From: Nymphaea colorata
Lineage: Eukaryota
Reading direction: 5' to 3'
Assembly: GCF_008831285.2 (NCBI RefSeq)
Contig: NC_045138.2
Span: 26,288,001 to 26,352,000, forward strand
DNA: 64,000 nucleotides
Part shown: positions 51,075 to 63,621 of the stretch, one piece after another
Position numbering within the stretch: the stretch's first letter is position 1
How the letters are laid out: every line of letters starts with the position of its first letter
Notes under the pieces: model-generated
Seen by the model: only the letters and a program-made list of their open reading frames with translations
The model's database searches: none
What the model was told of the DNA's origin: nothing
Translations under genes and position numbers: made by a program

Positions 51075-53562
51075 GAGAGAGCGAATACTCTTGGGAAACT
51101 TTCAAAATGGCACCAGCCGCTTCGGGATAATTCATAAAAGTGCATTTCGGGCGGTAGGATTCATACCCCTTGAAAAAGGCAGCGACAGTAGAAAGCTTTT
51201 GAGAAGGCTGGAAGTCTTCCTTGATGTGGTTTAAGAAGGCAGAAGTTTTTCTCATTAACAACAGTTCAGGAAGCCCGAGTACGAGCACAAGTATTCTTCA
51301 TTCGGGGTCCAACACTACTTTTGGTGCCTTGAAATGATGTTTTTATTATCTTTAGAAATGTATTCAGAATTGTGCCTTTGTAAATTCAATTAACCACATT
51401 GAAGTTTTTCCTAATTTTGAAAATGTACTTTCAGTTTTTTGAATTACACTAAAAATTGGTTCCAAAACTGAAAATGTGCCGTTGGAGTAACAAGAGGGCC
51501 AAACGGGCTCGCATTTGTACCTAAATGTGAATGCGTGTTGGTTCAACGGAGGTTACGTCCAAAGGCATGTTTTGGCTATTTCTTCTTGTGAAGGAATCCT
51601 TCCTTCATGAATCAATTTCTTCTTCTTTTTCCACTTTTTAAGTTAAATTCACGTCGCAGTGAATCCAGCTACATTCAACTTATATATATATATATATATA
51701 TATAATACTATAATACTATAATAAATGAGTATACGATATTGTTAATGCACATTGGCCTGAACATATAAGAAAGATTGCTTGCTTGTTTTATAATGCAGGG
51801 AGTTGTTGGTTGTCTTAGTTTTTTTTGTAACACCAACCTACTTCCATTAGCTCAGGCCGGCATTTTACTTATTCCATGAACAAGGTTTCTGCTTAGCTCA
51901 ACAACTTAACCTAGTGGACTTGACTAACATCATATACCCCACTCGAGCAAGATCAGTTCTTCAATCACACAAGATCATTTAGATTTTGCCGGCAAAAACA
52001 TGTATCGTTTGATCCGATAAACCAACTAGCCGTCACCCATTTGTTAAATGGAGATGATAGTCACCACCCATTTCATCTTTTTGTCTTCTAAAAAAACAAA
52101 GAGAAATATATCTCAAGAGGCATAGCATAACTAGTCGAGCAGACAGCATATTGAAGGTGCATCATGGATCTAATCCCCATGAGATGCTACTTACATGAGA
52201 CGGCAAACAATAGGACCATGACATTTCTTAAGAGGCCGTTTGAGAATAAGAACATTATGTTACAGTTCCACATATTTGACCCAAAAATTGGTTAGATTCA
52301 CTTAAATCTATCTTCCTTTTTTGAAGTAGATGCATGAAATTGTAACATACTTAGAGGTAGGAAGAATTTGTGGGGAAAGGTGGAGGCTTTCAAGCCTCTT
52401 TTTAGAACAGTATGTTGTTAACTTTCTGTTCATTGGGTAGACTAAAAAAACAATGTTTTCATAACTTTACATCATAACTTTACAGGTAAAATAGATCTAC
52501 TCTTAATTTCAAGAAATATTCAAACCCCATTCGACTCAAAAGGCTAGGCAGAGTGCCTGGTGACTTGGTGTGGATGAGTGTGGATTGGCTTACAGGTTAC
52601 TGTGAACAGGACGCTGAGGTCCCACGCTTTTCACATCAAGCTGTTTGAGTGAGAGCACTTGCTCACAGCCAAATCTTGTGGGTCCTGCAGCCACATGGAA
52701 CTTGCACCAATTTGTCAAGGCCAATGATATGGCTGGAACCAGGACCATGAGCTTCCTCTCCCAGACCAGTCCAACAGAACCTACAACTTCATAGCAGGTG
52801 TGGATACATTCACAACCACTTAACTATGAAAGGAAAAGCATTTGGTTTTGGTAGCCCACAACTTCACCAAATCATTGATGACTAAACAAAGGCGTCAACA
52901 GCATAAGAAATTGAACAGAGAGAGAGAGAGAGAGAGCAACTTCACCAAATAATTGAATGCCTAAACAAACGCATCAGCAACATAAGAAATATGATATTGC
53001 ATGTAGCAAAGACGAGAGAGAGAGAGAGGGGGCAGAGCAGAGCAGAAGAAGAACAGTTTCTGCTCCTTTTGTCTTTGCATGGAACTGGGAACCACAAGAG
53101 AGTCATCCTATTTGACTTTGTAAAACAGGTAAAGGACACACCAAACTCACGGGCGGCCATTAAGGGAATGAATCCCTCTGCCCTTTCCGGCAACCCTCCT
53201 TCCATTGCCCCCTCCCGTGACATGGCCTCATGGCCGAGGCATGATTTCCTTGCCGCTACTGCTTACGCACAGAATCGCCTGCCAGTTTGACAAATCTCCC
53301 CTGAGAAAAATCTTTCCTACCCACCTCCCTCTCTTGCTCCTGACGACCTCTTCCATGCATTCACATTAATGGCGGCCTTTAATACGTTGTGCACTGAACG
53401 AGGTGAGTGTGCTGTTCAAGAGACTCCTGTTGGGCCGACGACGGCGCTCATCTAATACCAAATTCGATTAAATTCAATTCTTCAGTTTCTTGAATTGTTT
53501 TCCTTCCAAATTTTCATGCTTCCGAGAAGAGGGAGGTAGAGAAGAACTTGGAAAGAAGGAAG

Positions 53563-56500
53563 ATGGGAGTCGCTGGAATGACTCTGCTTTTGGTGTTCTT
53601 GATGCTTCTTTCTGCATGTTCTGGCAGAATGGCCAAGCATGGTGGAGATGAGGCTTCGGCTCTGTTGGAGTTCAGGAAGGGGTTGAGAGACCCACTGGGA
53701 GTGATGCAGGGGTGGTCCAGAGACGTTCATGTCTGCAAGTGGAGAGGTGTTGAATGTGGTGATGCGGAAAGGGGAAGGGTGGTGGGCTTGAACTTATCTT
53801 CTTCTGCTATAGAAGGTGTTATCCCGCCGTCAATCTCTAGGCTCCGCCACTTGAGCTCTATAGACCTTTCATCCAACCGGCTTAGCGGTGCGATTCCTTC
53901 ATTCCTCTGTCGCCTCACCAATCTGACAACCCTCCTGCTGTTCTCCAACAACTTCGCCGGCTCAATTCCTAAGGAGCTGGGAAGCTTGAGCAGGCTTGAG
54001 GTTCTCCGCATTGGCGATAACAATCTCTCTGGCGAGATTCCGGCTGAGCTCGGTAACTGCACCAAGCTCAGATTTTTGGCCTTGGCTTCCTGTTCACTCA
54101 CTGGCTCCATCCCAACTGAACTTGGTAAGCTCAAATGTCTGCAAAATCTTATTCTCCAGCACAATATGCTGAATGGTTCCCTACCGAAGGAACTTGGTAA
54201 TTGTGAAAATCTGGCCATTTTCGCTGCTGATAACAATTATCTGCATGGAGATATCCCCCCTGAATTAGTTAGAGGTTTGAAGAGTCTCAGGATTTTTAAT
54301 CTTGCTAATAACACTCTATCTGGCGAACTTCCTCCAGAAGTAGGCGAAATTTCCACATTGACATACGTTAATTTGGCTGGCAATAGATTAGAAGGAAGAA
54401 TTCCTGAATCACTTGGGACTCTCAGTAATTTGCAGACCCTTGACTTGTCCCGCAACATTCTCGTCGGTGCATTACCGGAGACATTAGGTGGACTGAAGAA
54501 CTTGGAATATCTGTTCTTGATGGATAATCAGCTACAAGGGACGTTTCCTATAAGTCTATGTGATGGTAATACTACTTTGGCGCATCTGAGCCTTGCTAAT
54601 AATGGATTTTATGGTGCCATACCAAAGGAGATTGTAGGCTGTCAAAATTTGGTGGACTTGGATCTTACAGACAACCAATTCAATGGGTCTATTCCTGTTG
54701 AGATCGGCGAGCTAGCTCAGATCGCTCAACTCCTGCTGAACAACAATAGTTTAACAGGGAACATCCCAAGTTCAATTGGACAGCTCACCAATCTGGAAAT
54801 TCTCTCTCTTTTTCACAATCGATTGGCTGGTCGCATCCCATCCGAGATTGGCAAACTTCAGAATTTGAAGATCTTTTATGCTTATGAAAACCAACTTTCA
54901 GGAAACATACCAGAAGAAATTGGTAACTGTTCAAGTTTGGAAATGGTGGACCTGTTTGGCAACCATCTGAGTGGAAGCATACCTGTCTCAATTGGAATGC
55001 TGAAGAAGCTGAGCTTCCTTCATCTCAGACAGAATGATTTGCATGGTGAGATCCCGTCTAGCATGGGCAATTGCAGGAGCCTTCAGACACTCGACCTCGC
55101 CGACAACCAGCTGTCTGGAAGAATCCCAGAAGCAGTGGGCTCCCTTCATTCCCTCGAGTTTTTCATGCTATATAACAATTCCCTTGAAGGTCCACTTCCA
55201 ACGGAGTTGGGGAACTGCCGAAACCTGACCAGAATTAATCTCTCTAACAACAAATTGAGTGGCAGCATTCTTCCTCTCTGTTTTTCCAGTCATCTGCTTT
55301 CTTTTGATCTTACTAACAACAGCTTCCAAGGAAGGATACCCCCTCAGTTAGGAAACTCACAAGACCTTGAGCGCATTCGACTTGGAAATAATCTTCTCAC
55401 TGGAAGAATTCCTCCTGAGATTGGAAACATCATGCAGCTCTCAATTTTAGATCTCTCTAATAACAGACTTACTGGACCAATACCAAATTCCTTGTCTGTA
55501 TGCAAAAACCTTACCCACATTGACCTAAATGGTAACCTTCTCTTTGGTGAAATCCCTTCTTGGTTCGGTATATTGTCCGGACTTGGTGAGCTGAAACTCT
55601 CTTCAAACTTATTCACTGGTCCAATACCAGACAAGCTCTGCAACTGCACCAACCTTCTCACCCTGTCATTGGCAAGTAACAATATCTCTGGTTCCATTCC
55701 TTCTTGTATCAGCAATCTAGTATCTCTCAATGTACTTTCCCTTGAGAGCAACCAGCTTACTGGTCCAGTCCCACCCTCGATCAGATACTGCCAGAAGCTA
55801 TTTGAGTTGAGACTGGCACATAATGGCCTTGATGGAGTCATTCCCCGTGAAGTTGGTTCTCTTCAAAATTTGCAAAGCATGTTAGATCTTAGCTATAACA
55901 GGTTTTCTGGGGAGATACCTCCATCCCTTGGAAGCTTATTAAAATTGGAAGTGTTGGATCTTTCTCACAATGCTTTGGAAGGAAGGGTACCTAAAGAGCT
56001 TGGTGACATGATCAGTTTGGTTGCCCTGAACTTGTCACGCAATCATCTTCAAGGTGGGATATATCCATCTTTGGCACATTGGCCTCCGTCTTCTTTCTCA
56101 GACAATGCAGGCCTTTGTGGATTACCCTTAGCTTTATGTGAACCCAGTACTGGTTCATCACCCAACAATGTAGCTAGATTATCCAAGTCTTGGGTCCTGG
56201 CTATCAGTCTGTTCTCCACCTTGATTCTAGCACTTATTTTGGTTTTCACCATACTGATGCACCTAAGGAGTCAAGACAAATTCTTAAGTCGCCGCAGATT
56301 GCTGTCTTCTTCATATGATTATTACTATTATGACTCTTCGAGGCCTGCAAGTAGAACGCAAAAGAAGGGTGTTCTAGAGCGTAGATGGACCTTTGAGGAG
56401 ATAATGGAAGCAACTGACAACCTGAGTGCAGCATCTGTAATTGGTTCAGGTGGATCAGGGACAATTTACAAGGCCCCGATGCCGGATGGGCAAGTCTTGG

Positions 56501-58717
56501 CAGTGAAAAGGATAGTTACAAGCAAAGATGAAGAAGCTACACTGAAGGACAAGAGCTTCATCAGAGAATTACAGACACTAGGAAGGGTCCGGCACCGGCA
56601 CTTGGTGAAGTTGATTGGCTTCTGTGTGCGGAATGGTGCTAATTATCTGATTTATGAGTACATGGAAAATGGAAGTTTGTGGGATTGGTTGCATTCGGAC
56701 TCAAAGAAGAGTAAGGATGGGAAGGTGTTGTCATGGGAAGCAAGATTCAGGATTGCGGTTGGGTTGGCCAAGGGAGTTGAGTACCTACACCACGACTGTG
56801 TGCCTAAGATTGTGCATAGGGACATAAAGTCTAGCAATGTGTTGCTTGATGCAGACCACGAAGCGCATCTGGGAGACTTCGGGCTGGCAAAGGTGCTGGT
56901 TGATGAATCTAGTTCAGGCATGTCTTCGTCTTCTGTGGTTAATGGGGACTCCACAAGCACTTTGTTTGCAGGATCCTATGGCTACATTGCTCCAGGTTTG
57001 CATCTGTTACATTGTTCATACCATTAGTTACTTGAATCTCTAAGAGTAGATAGGAATCTCAATCCTAGAAAGCAGGAAGCAGAATCCATCAAGAATCCTG
57101 CCTCTAAAACGTGAGCTTGATCTACAATTATGGAAATTCTGGTCATGCCGCTTGCTTTAAATCAGTCTTAGTTACCCTTCTTGATCATACTCATTTTTTA
57201 TCCAATGTCGTGTAGTTTGAATTGGTGTTAGATACCATTCTTGATTTAGCCTCGGTTTGTGGAACTTTTTTCTTATTTCATATCAACTTTTAAGTATCTT
57301 TATATGATTTCACATGTCACTTCCTAAATAGTTCTTTTTCATATTGCTACCGGAAGATGGAAATCTTGACTTCTTTGAACTTGAAGTTTGTAAGCAAACT
57401 CTCTCAGCAAGGTGAATTCAGTTTCACCTCTTGTCAGAGAAGGGTTAACTCCATTCCCCCTTGATTTTCCAAAGGCAAAAAGGTCATAGCATTCACAAGA
57501 AGGCTGTGCCTGTTGCAGCAGCACAGTACCTGTGTGAACCCTGGATGTCAGAGAGAATCACGGGCACTCCAAGTTTCTTCCTTTCGTCATAGCTGGATGT
57601 TGTGGGTTTCGGGACATGGACCTCAGTTAGCTTGCGCAGCCAGGATCCAGAACTGGATCCATATGTACAAAGGCACTAGATCTGGATATGGACCCGGGTC
57701 AGCTAGCTCCTAATTCACAAGTGCTGCTTCACGCAAGTGGACTATCCTATACTGTAGATGCACCCACAGATGAGGATCACATCCCAAGCACAACTTTTTT
57801 TATTCAAAATTAATGTTCCTTGAATCACAAAGTTTCAGAATCTTTACCACCATTGGTGCCTGTGATTTATGAAAATCTCGTACTTATCTTTACTATTAGA
57901 ATTTCAAGCTCAAGAATTGCTTCTTTAATGAAGTAGATCATGTTTTCATGATAAAATTTGATCAGAACAGTGTGCAACTATGGGATGTTTAAGATTTCTC
58001 GTGCATATACTTATAGGTAAAGTTGTTCAGTAGATCCGAAATTGTTGTCATAGAGATTTGCTTAGTATACATTAGCATCATTTATGTTGGATATTTAACT
58101 TTGTTAGCCTGCATATTTTCTTTGACATGGATAAGGTTCATCTCTGTACATGATATGATACCACTTACCACTAAGTAAGCCAGTAGCAGCACCACAGTAC
58201 ACATTTCTTAGAAACTAGACATATTTCATATCAGATTTTTTGTTCTTTTCATTATGCTAAACTTGCTCATGTTTTCTTCTTTTTTTCAGAATACGCATAT
58301 TCAATGAAGGCCACAGAAAAGAGTGATGTGTACAGCATGGGGATAGTAATGATGGAGTTAGTGAGTGGGAGAATGCCGACCGATTCAAGGTTTGCTGAAG
58401 CTATGGAGGATATGGTCAAGTGGGTTCAGAGGTGTGTTACCAGCCGCAGCAGTAGCAGCAGCAGCGGTGACGGCGGCGGCACCTCGCGTAGTCCTGGGTG
58501 CGAAGAAGTAGTTGATGAGTGCTTGAAACCCTTGAGCCAACATGATCTAGACTCTGTTTTTGAGCTGCTAGACATAGCCGTCGAGTGCACCCGATCAAAC
58601 CCCTCGGACCGGCCGGCGGCCCGGCATGTCTCTGACCGGCTGCTGCATATGAGTAGGAGACATAGGACCACTCCCAACTGCACCAAAAGGGTGTCTTCTT
58701 CTACCGACTACGATTGA
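53563..58717 (+). CDS. GSO1: LRR receptor-like Ser/Thr kinase, GASSHO1/2 (SGN3)-like, LRR-XI, ~1286 aa, 2 exons
   Basis: Exons 53563-56995 and 58290-58717, with the intron inside GSYGYIAPG|EY at the usual LRR-RLK position. Signal peptide, ~30 LRRs with GSO-type segments (LRIGDN, LALASC, LHLRQN, LDLADN, MLYNNSLEG, LSFDLTNN), TM helix and an intact kinase (GSGGSG, AVK, HRDIKSSN, DFG). GSO1 versus GSO2 cannot be resolved. Confidence 0.9.
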
Positions 58718-59167
58718 CCATCCTGCTTTTTGTTGATATGGCTTGGCTTTCCTTGATTCTTTTTGGGTTTGTCTTTATGGTTAGAATATTGTCATTATGG
58801 GGCCCTTTTGATCATTCACGCTTTTTTCCTGTGTTACAAATTCCAACACACGTACAAATGATGTTAGTTGCTTCTACTATTCTATTTCAGTGGTCTCTCT
58901 CTCTTTCTCTCTCTCTAGGTGTGCGTGCATGCATATGTGTGCATGGCATCCTATCTTATCCAACTGCTTGCAGTAGGTTCGAGATGGTTGTTTACCTAAC
59001 TTGAAGTGTGATAGCAACAGGAAAGCAAGGTCCAATAGAGAACAGGCATCCGTAACAGTGCAGCAATGAAGGCTATCTGACTTTAGAGGAGAGAGAAAAT
59101 AGCATTTGATTTTCAAGAATCCTACAGTAGTACGTCTCTCCCAAGTTCTGCACCTTTTTTTTCCTTT

Positions 59168-59170
59168 ACA

Positions 59171-59221
<51 letters not shown>
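59168..59221. repeat. Compound (CA)n(GA)n microsatellite
   Basis: A CA run directly followed by a GA run. Confidence 0.95.
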
Positions 59222-59225
<4 letters not shown>

Positions 59226-60088
59226 AGGGGGGGTTCTGCACTTTTTTTTCTCCTTGATTGAGAGAGAGAAATTAAGGAGGGTTTTGGTAGAGGAATGGCG
59301 TATCAACGACTTGATATATGAAGTTGACAACCGCAGCCCACGTAGACATTATCAACTAAGGTGCCTCACCAGCAACGTGCCTTGATAATAGCAAGAAGAA
59401 TTTACTAAACTTTTAGAAGATTTTTAGCAAGAAATTTCCAAACTAAAATGTATAAGAAAATTTTGGGGCTGCCTATTTTCAAAAATTCAGTTACACGTTA
59501 CGGTCAAGCAATTCAGGTCTCTTTCAATCATAACTATATATACAGGAGAGAGAGAGAGAGGACAACCACCTTCCAACCCAAACCAATGCCTTCAGGATAA
59601 TAGCATACAGGAATCAAACAAGATTCACACCCACTAAGTGTTATCCCGCCCCACTAACTGCCGTTCATTTTGGGGGAAAGAGAGAGAGAGAGAGAGAGGG
59701 ACAAGAATAAGTCCACTTGACCTCATAATGCACCCCTAATTTGAAAATCAATATTACTCCTTAATATCATTAATATCATGAGGATAGCAACCTCTAGGAA
59801 TAAGCTACAACACCCCACCCAACCCAACTGGTTGCCCTACCCATCACTTGCTGATACCTGTTGACTTCTCAAAGAGCAGTTCCCCTTTCAAGTGGAAAAT
59901 GCAATAATGTACTCCATATTCAACTACAACTTATGTTAAAAATGGAATATCTCAATTACCAAGGAGAATGTATCCTGATCCAACATTATGTAGTTTAAAA
60001 CTACGGCGACAACATTCCAGTTCGGCAACAAAAATTAGATGAATTCACCACTGCCTGCGGGAAAACGCCCTTGATTTCAAAGTTTCGC

Positions 60089-62709
60089 CTAAAGCCTCTG
60101 CTTCCTCCTGCCCTTTTTGCGCTTGTTTTTCTTCAGCTTTGAGGCTTTTTTCATCTTCTTCTTCACACCGCCTGTAGGCTTGAGCTTAAACTCAGTACCA
60201 ACATCAGCTGGATTGTTTTCTGTCATCTCCACATCTGTCAAAAAGCAATAGACAGCGAACAACATTAGTTGCGCATAATTAGATAGAATTACTAGAGCTA
60301 TCCAATATCATGATAAGAAAACTTCAGGCTGTCCAGTTTACAGTTAACATCTTCAGTACTTCTCGGTCATCCCAAGAACCATATGATTTCACCCGGTATC
60401 TCTTCCACATAAGAGGTGGAGTTGAGAACAATGTTGTGAGAAGCGTACGCTTCTCACAAAAAAATTGCGAGTCAAGGCGTTTTAAGTGAAAAACGCCTTG
60501 ACTCGGGGCGCACGTGTCCTGAAGCATGCGCCTCATGTGTGTGAAGCGTACGCCTCACACATGGGCACGCTTGTACTTGACTCGTGCGCCTCAAGGACAA
60601 CACTTGGCTAGCTGCTTTTAATGTAAAAAATTAAAATTTAACCAAACAATTAGTCTCACACGTAAGTTACAAAAGTTAGTCTCTTTAATGGCTTTTAATG
60701 TAACTCTAATTAAACTCTCTTACCCCAACTGCCCTTTTCTTAATATCAATCCCAAATCACCCGTCCCCACACTTTTCTCCTTCGCTCTTTCTTCTTCACG
60801 GCTGAGAAGGTGAAACTGAAAGGGCACGTCTGCTTCAAGGCACTCTCCAACTACAGGCCTGGCTACAAGGCACTCTCCAACTTGCATGTAAGTTTAAACT
60901 TTAAATGTCTTGCTTTTTCCTGTTAGCATATAATACAGCAGTTCATTTCTTCCATATGCCTATAGTTTGTATATTATATGTAGCTGAAAACACTTTTGAT
61001 TTAAAAAACGAGGCGAGGCATTGGCCATTGAACTTGTATGGTATACATTGAACTTTTGATTTAAAAAACGAGGCTGAACTTTTCTCCTTCCATTTTTACT
61101 TGTTGTAAGGATAGGCGTTGGGCATGTCTGTACATTGAACGTTGTTTGATTTTTTTTTAATGTTTTTCCCTTTGAGCTGATTGGTGGAATACATTTGGCG
61201 ACGATACAAAAGAATTGAAGAATTTTGCTATGAGAATTCTCAATCTTACATGCAGTGCATCAGGATGTGAGCATAACTGGAGTTCATTCTCTTTGGTAAA
61301 TAAATGAAACTTTCAAATCATTTATTGTGTTATCATTCAAATGTTTTTAATGTTTATACATATACATATGTTATTGTTCAGCAATACTTATTATTTACTT
61401 ATGCTCTTAGTTGATATTATCATCTGAATCTTAGTTGTTATGACATTATATTTATTTGGATTTACAAATTATTGTGGTTTGCATATGTTGTGTATTGTTC
61501 TTTATTGATATGATTAGTATTGTAGTCACTTTTTTTCAGTTTTGTTATTATTTTTATAAATATTATATAATTCACAAATTTGTCCGTGAAGCTTACGCTT
61601 CAATTAACGCCTCGCCTCGCCTCGTTTTACCGCCTTTTACAACATTGGTTGAGAACAGAGAATGGGATGAAATGATACAATGGAATAAAACCAGATTGGC
61701 CCAGTTGGGGATCAAATCCAAGATAGATGTCATAAAGTAATTCCATTTACAGATTAGATCATTTCAGAGAAAAAACAACAAAAACAATGTAGCTGCTTTC
61801 TCTACAAACAGTGCTTACATGACGAGACTAACTCCAATTTTTAAGACATGGTAGGTGAATCCACTACGAGAAACAAAAGGCCAACTCATTTAAACATTTT
61901 CCGATTCACAGCTGAAAAGCAAAACAAGAAAACTTCACTATGGAATACGGAACCAAATAAGCAACTCTTTACAGCATCGAAAGCAAACCTAGTGAAACAA
62001 AACAAGGTTAATTATGAGAAAACAGCTGACAATATGGATCTGATCGTAAAACCCTTACATATTTACACCAGAAATTAGAAGCAGCAATACAAGCGGACCA
62101 AACTTCAGAGCCCTATATCAAACAAACATAGGAAGAATCTAAACTAACTGCTAGGGAAACAACAAGAGAAAAATAAACAACAGGTACTTCAAACAGCTAA
62201 AAGAACGAATGTTAGATTATCGGTTAATATTAACCAAGAAGATGAGTTAAGACATACAAAAAGAGATGCAGAGAATAATGAACATACAAAAAAAAAATCG
62301 CATCAGGAGATCCACAAAACAATCAACCACGAATTCAAAAACAAGGACACAAAAAACTACATTGATACAAGTAACCATGGAACTATTCCACCAAATTCAT
62401 CATCGAATTTATATACCATTCTCACTGGGCCTAAACAAAACAACACCATTATAAGCAAAGAAGGGCGAGAGATATGCATAAGAGAGAAATGGAGGGAGGA
62501 ATTGGTAACTAACCCATGTTGGTAGGGACAGGAAGAGTGAGGTCGTCGGAGGCAGGATCAGGGGTGGGAAGCGGCAGCTTCGGAGCGGCCAGGGCCGCTT
62601 CCTGAGCGGCAAGCTTGGCGGCCTCCTTCTTGTCATAGAAAGGCTTGGCGATGTCCCTTCTCAATGTCCTCAACCTCTTCTTCTTCTTCGACCTCAGAGA
62701 CTTAGCCAT
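60089..62709 (-). CDS. Small highly basic protein, LLP homolog/LAPS18-like (putative pre-60S nucleolar factor), ~113 aa, 2 exons
   Basis: Exon 1 62709-62514 ends ATG G|GTTAGT and exon 2 60234-60089 starts ACAG|AT GTG GAG ATG, joining in phase 1. The N-terminus MAKSLRSK..KRLR resembles animal LLPH and yeast YBL028C as recalled. Contains an MDVEM motif and a Lys/Arg-rich tail. A telo-box lies upstream. Confidence 0.82.
60429..61647 (+). mobile_element. Non-autonomous hAT DNA transposon (~1.2 kb) in the intron of the LLP-like gene
   Basis: Left TIR caatgttgtgagaagcg matches the reverse complement of the right end (caatgttgtaaaaggcg). Perfect 8-bp TSD gttgagaa at 60421-60428 and 61648-61655. Subterminal gcctc/gaagcgtacgc repeats and an internal transposase remnant. 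Confidence 0.92.
61176..61295 (+). pseudogene. hAT transposase C-terminal dimerization-domain fragment
   Basis: Translates as ADWWNTFGDDTKELKNFAMRILNLTCSASGCEHNWSSFSL and is followed by GTAAAT. Matches the hAT WW..G....L...A.RIL..TCS.SGCERNWS.F motif. Confidence 0.88.
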
Positions 62710-62836
62710 CAGGATTCAAACTCCTCTCTCCGGAAAACTACCGCGGCCCCTTCTCTTCGATGCCTCTACCGAGCTTGATGGCTCTTTGGCGGCAACACCG
62801 CTACTCGGGTCTGATATCCGAAGCTCTGGCGGCTTA

Positions 62837-62845
62837 TTAGGGTTT
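62837..62845 (-). promoter_or_regulatory. Telo-box (AAACCCTAA)
   Basis: ttagggttt on the plus strand, ~130 bp upstream of the LLP-like ATG. Telo-boxes are typical of plant translation and ribosome-biogenesis genes. Confidence 0.55.
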
Positions 62846-63029
62846 TTTGGCCTTTGAGTCTCTTGGTCTAAAATAAATTTCCCTTAAGTATTATACTTCT
62901 TTCCTAACTCCTAAAATCGTCCCTATTTATCCGAATTTACTAATACATGACGCGTGAGGGGAGCATATTATAATACCATAAAAAAACATTGGGGCGTTGT
63001 AATACCATAAAAACTGCGATATAACAAGA

Positions 63030-63340
63030 CCAACTTAAGCTCGATTCAAACTCACTCGTCAAAATTCAATTAGTTGAATTAGAGTTTATATATATATATA
63101 TATATATATATTTGAAATGTTAAGAAAATGACTCATTTAAACTTGATTTGGTTTGATTACATAATAAATGCCGAAAATTAATGACAGAGCAAGTAAACAA
63201 GTAGCAACTAAGCGAGTTAACGAGTTTAAAGAGATGAAACAAGTTTAGTATAAACGAGTTAAATGAATCAAGCTCAAATGAGTTCAAGCCTGGTTTATGG
63301 TGATTAACTCGAGTTTGAGTTGAGCTTGAGTTTTCTTAAT
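63030..63340. mobile_element. Degenerate MITE-like repeat with CTCGA/GAGTT motifs
   Basis: Dense aagctcgattcaaactcactcg, cgagtt and actcgagtttgagttgagcttgag motifs in inverted orientation around a (TA)n tract. Ends are not resolved. Confidence 0.4.
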
Positions 63341-63621
63341 CCATTCCAGCTGTGGCTTCGCCCGAGTTGAGACTTATCCGACGTCTTCAATTAACATTAT
63401 TCACATTTCTCCCTTACCGCTTGATCACCACGTAAGGAAGTCTTTAATATCTCTATTTAAATTGGCAAACATATGGCTACAACCCAAATCTGACATTAAG
63501 TTGAATCGGACTGTCTTTGGATCATTCGGGCGGAATCGAGCAGAAAAAAATGTGATGTAAATGGCAGTCCCTCCGAGTGGATGAGGTTCGGTCCTTGCAT
63601 CAACGGGGTAGAGCGCCGAGG

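Noticed and set aside
53727..56960. Multiple minus-strand ORFs within the GSO1-like CDS
   Set aside because: Typical antisense shadows of LRR and kinase coding sequence.
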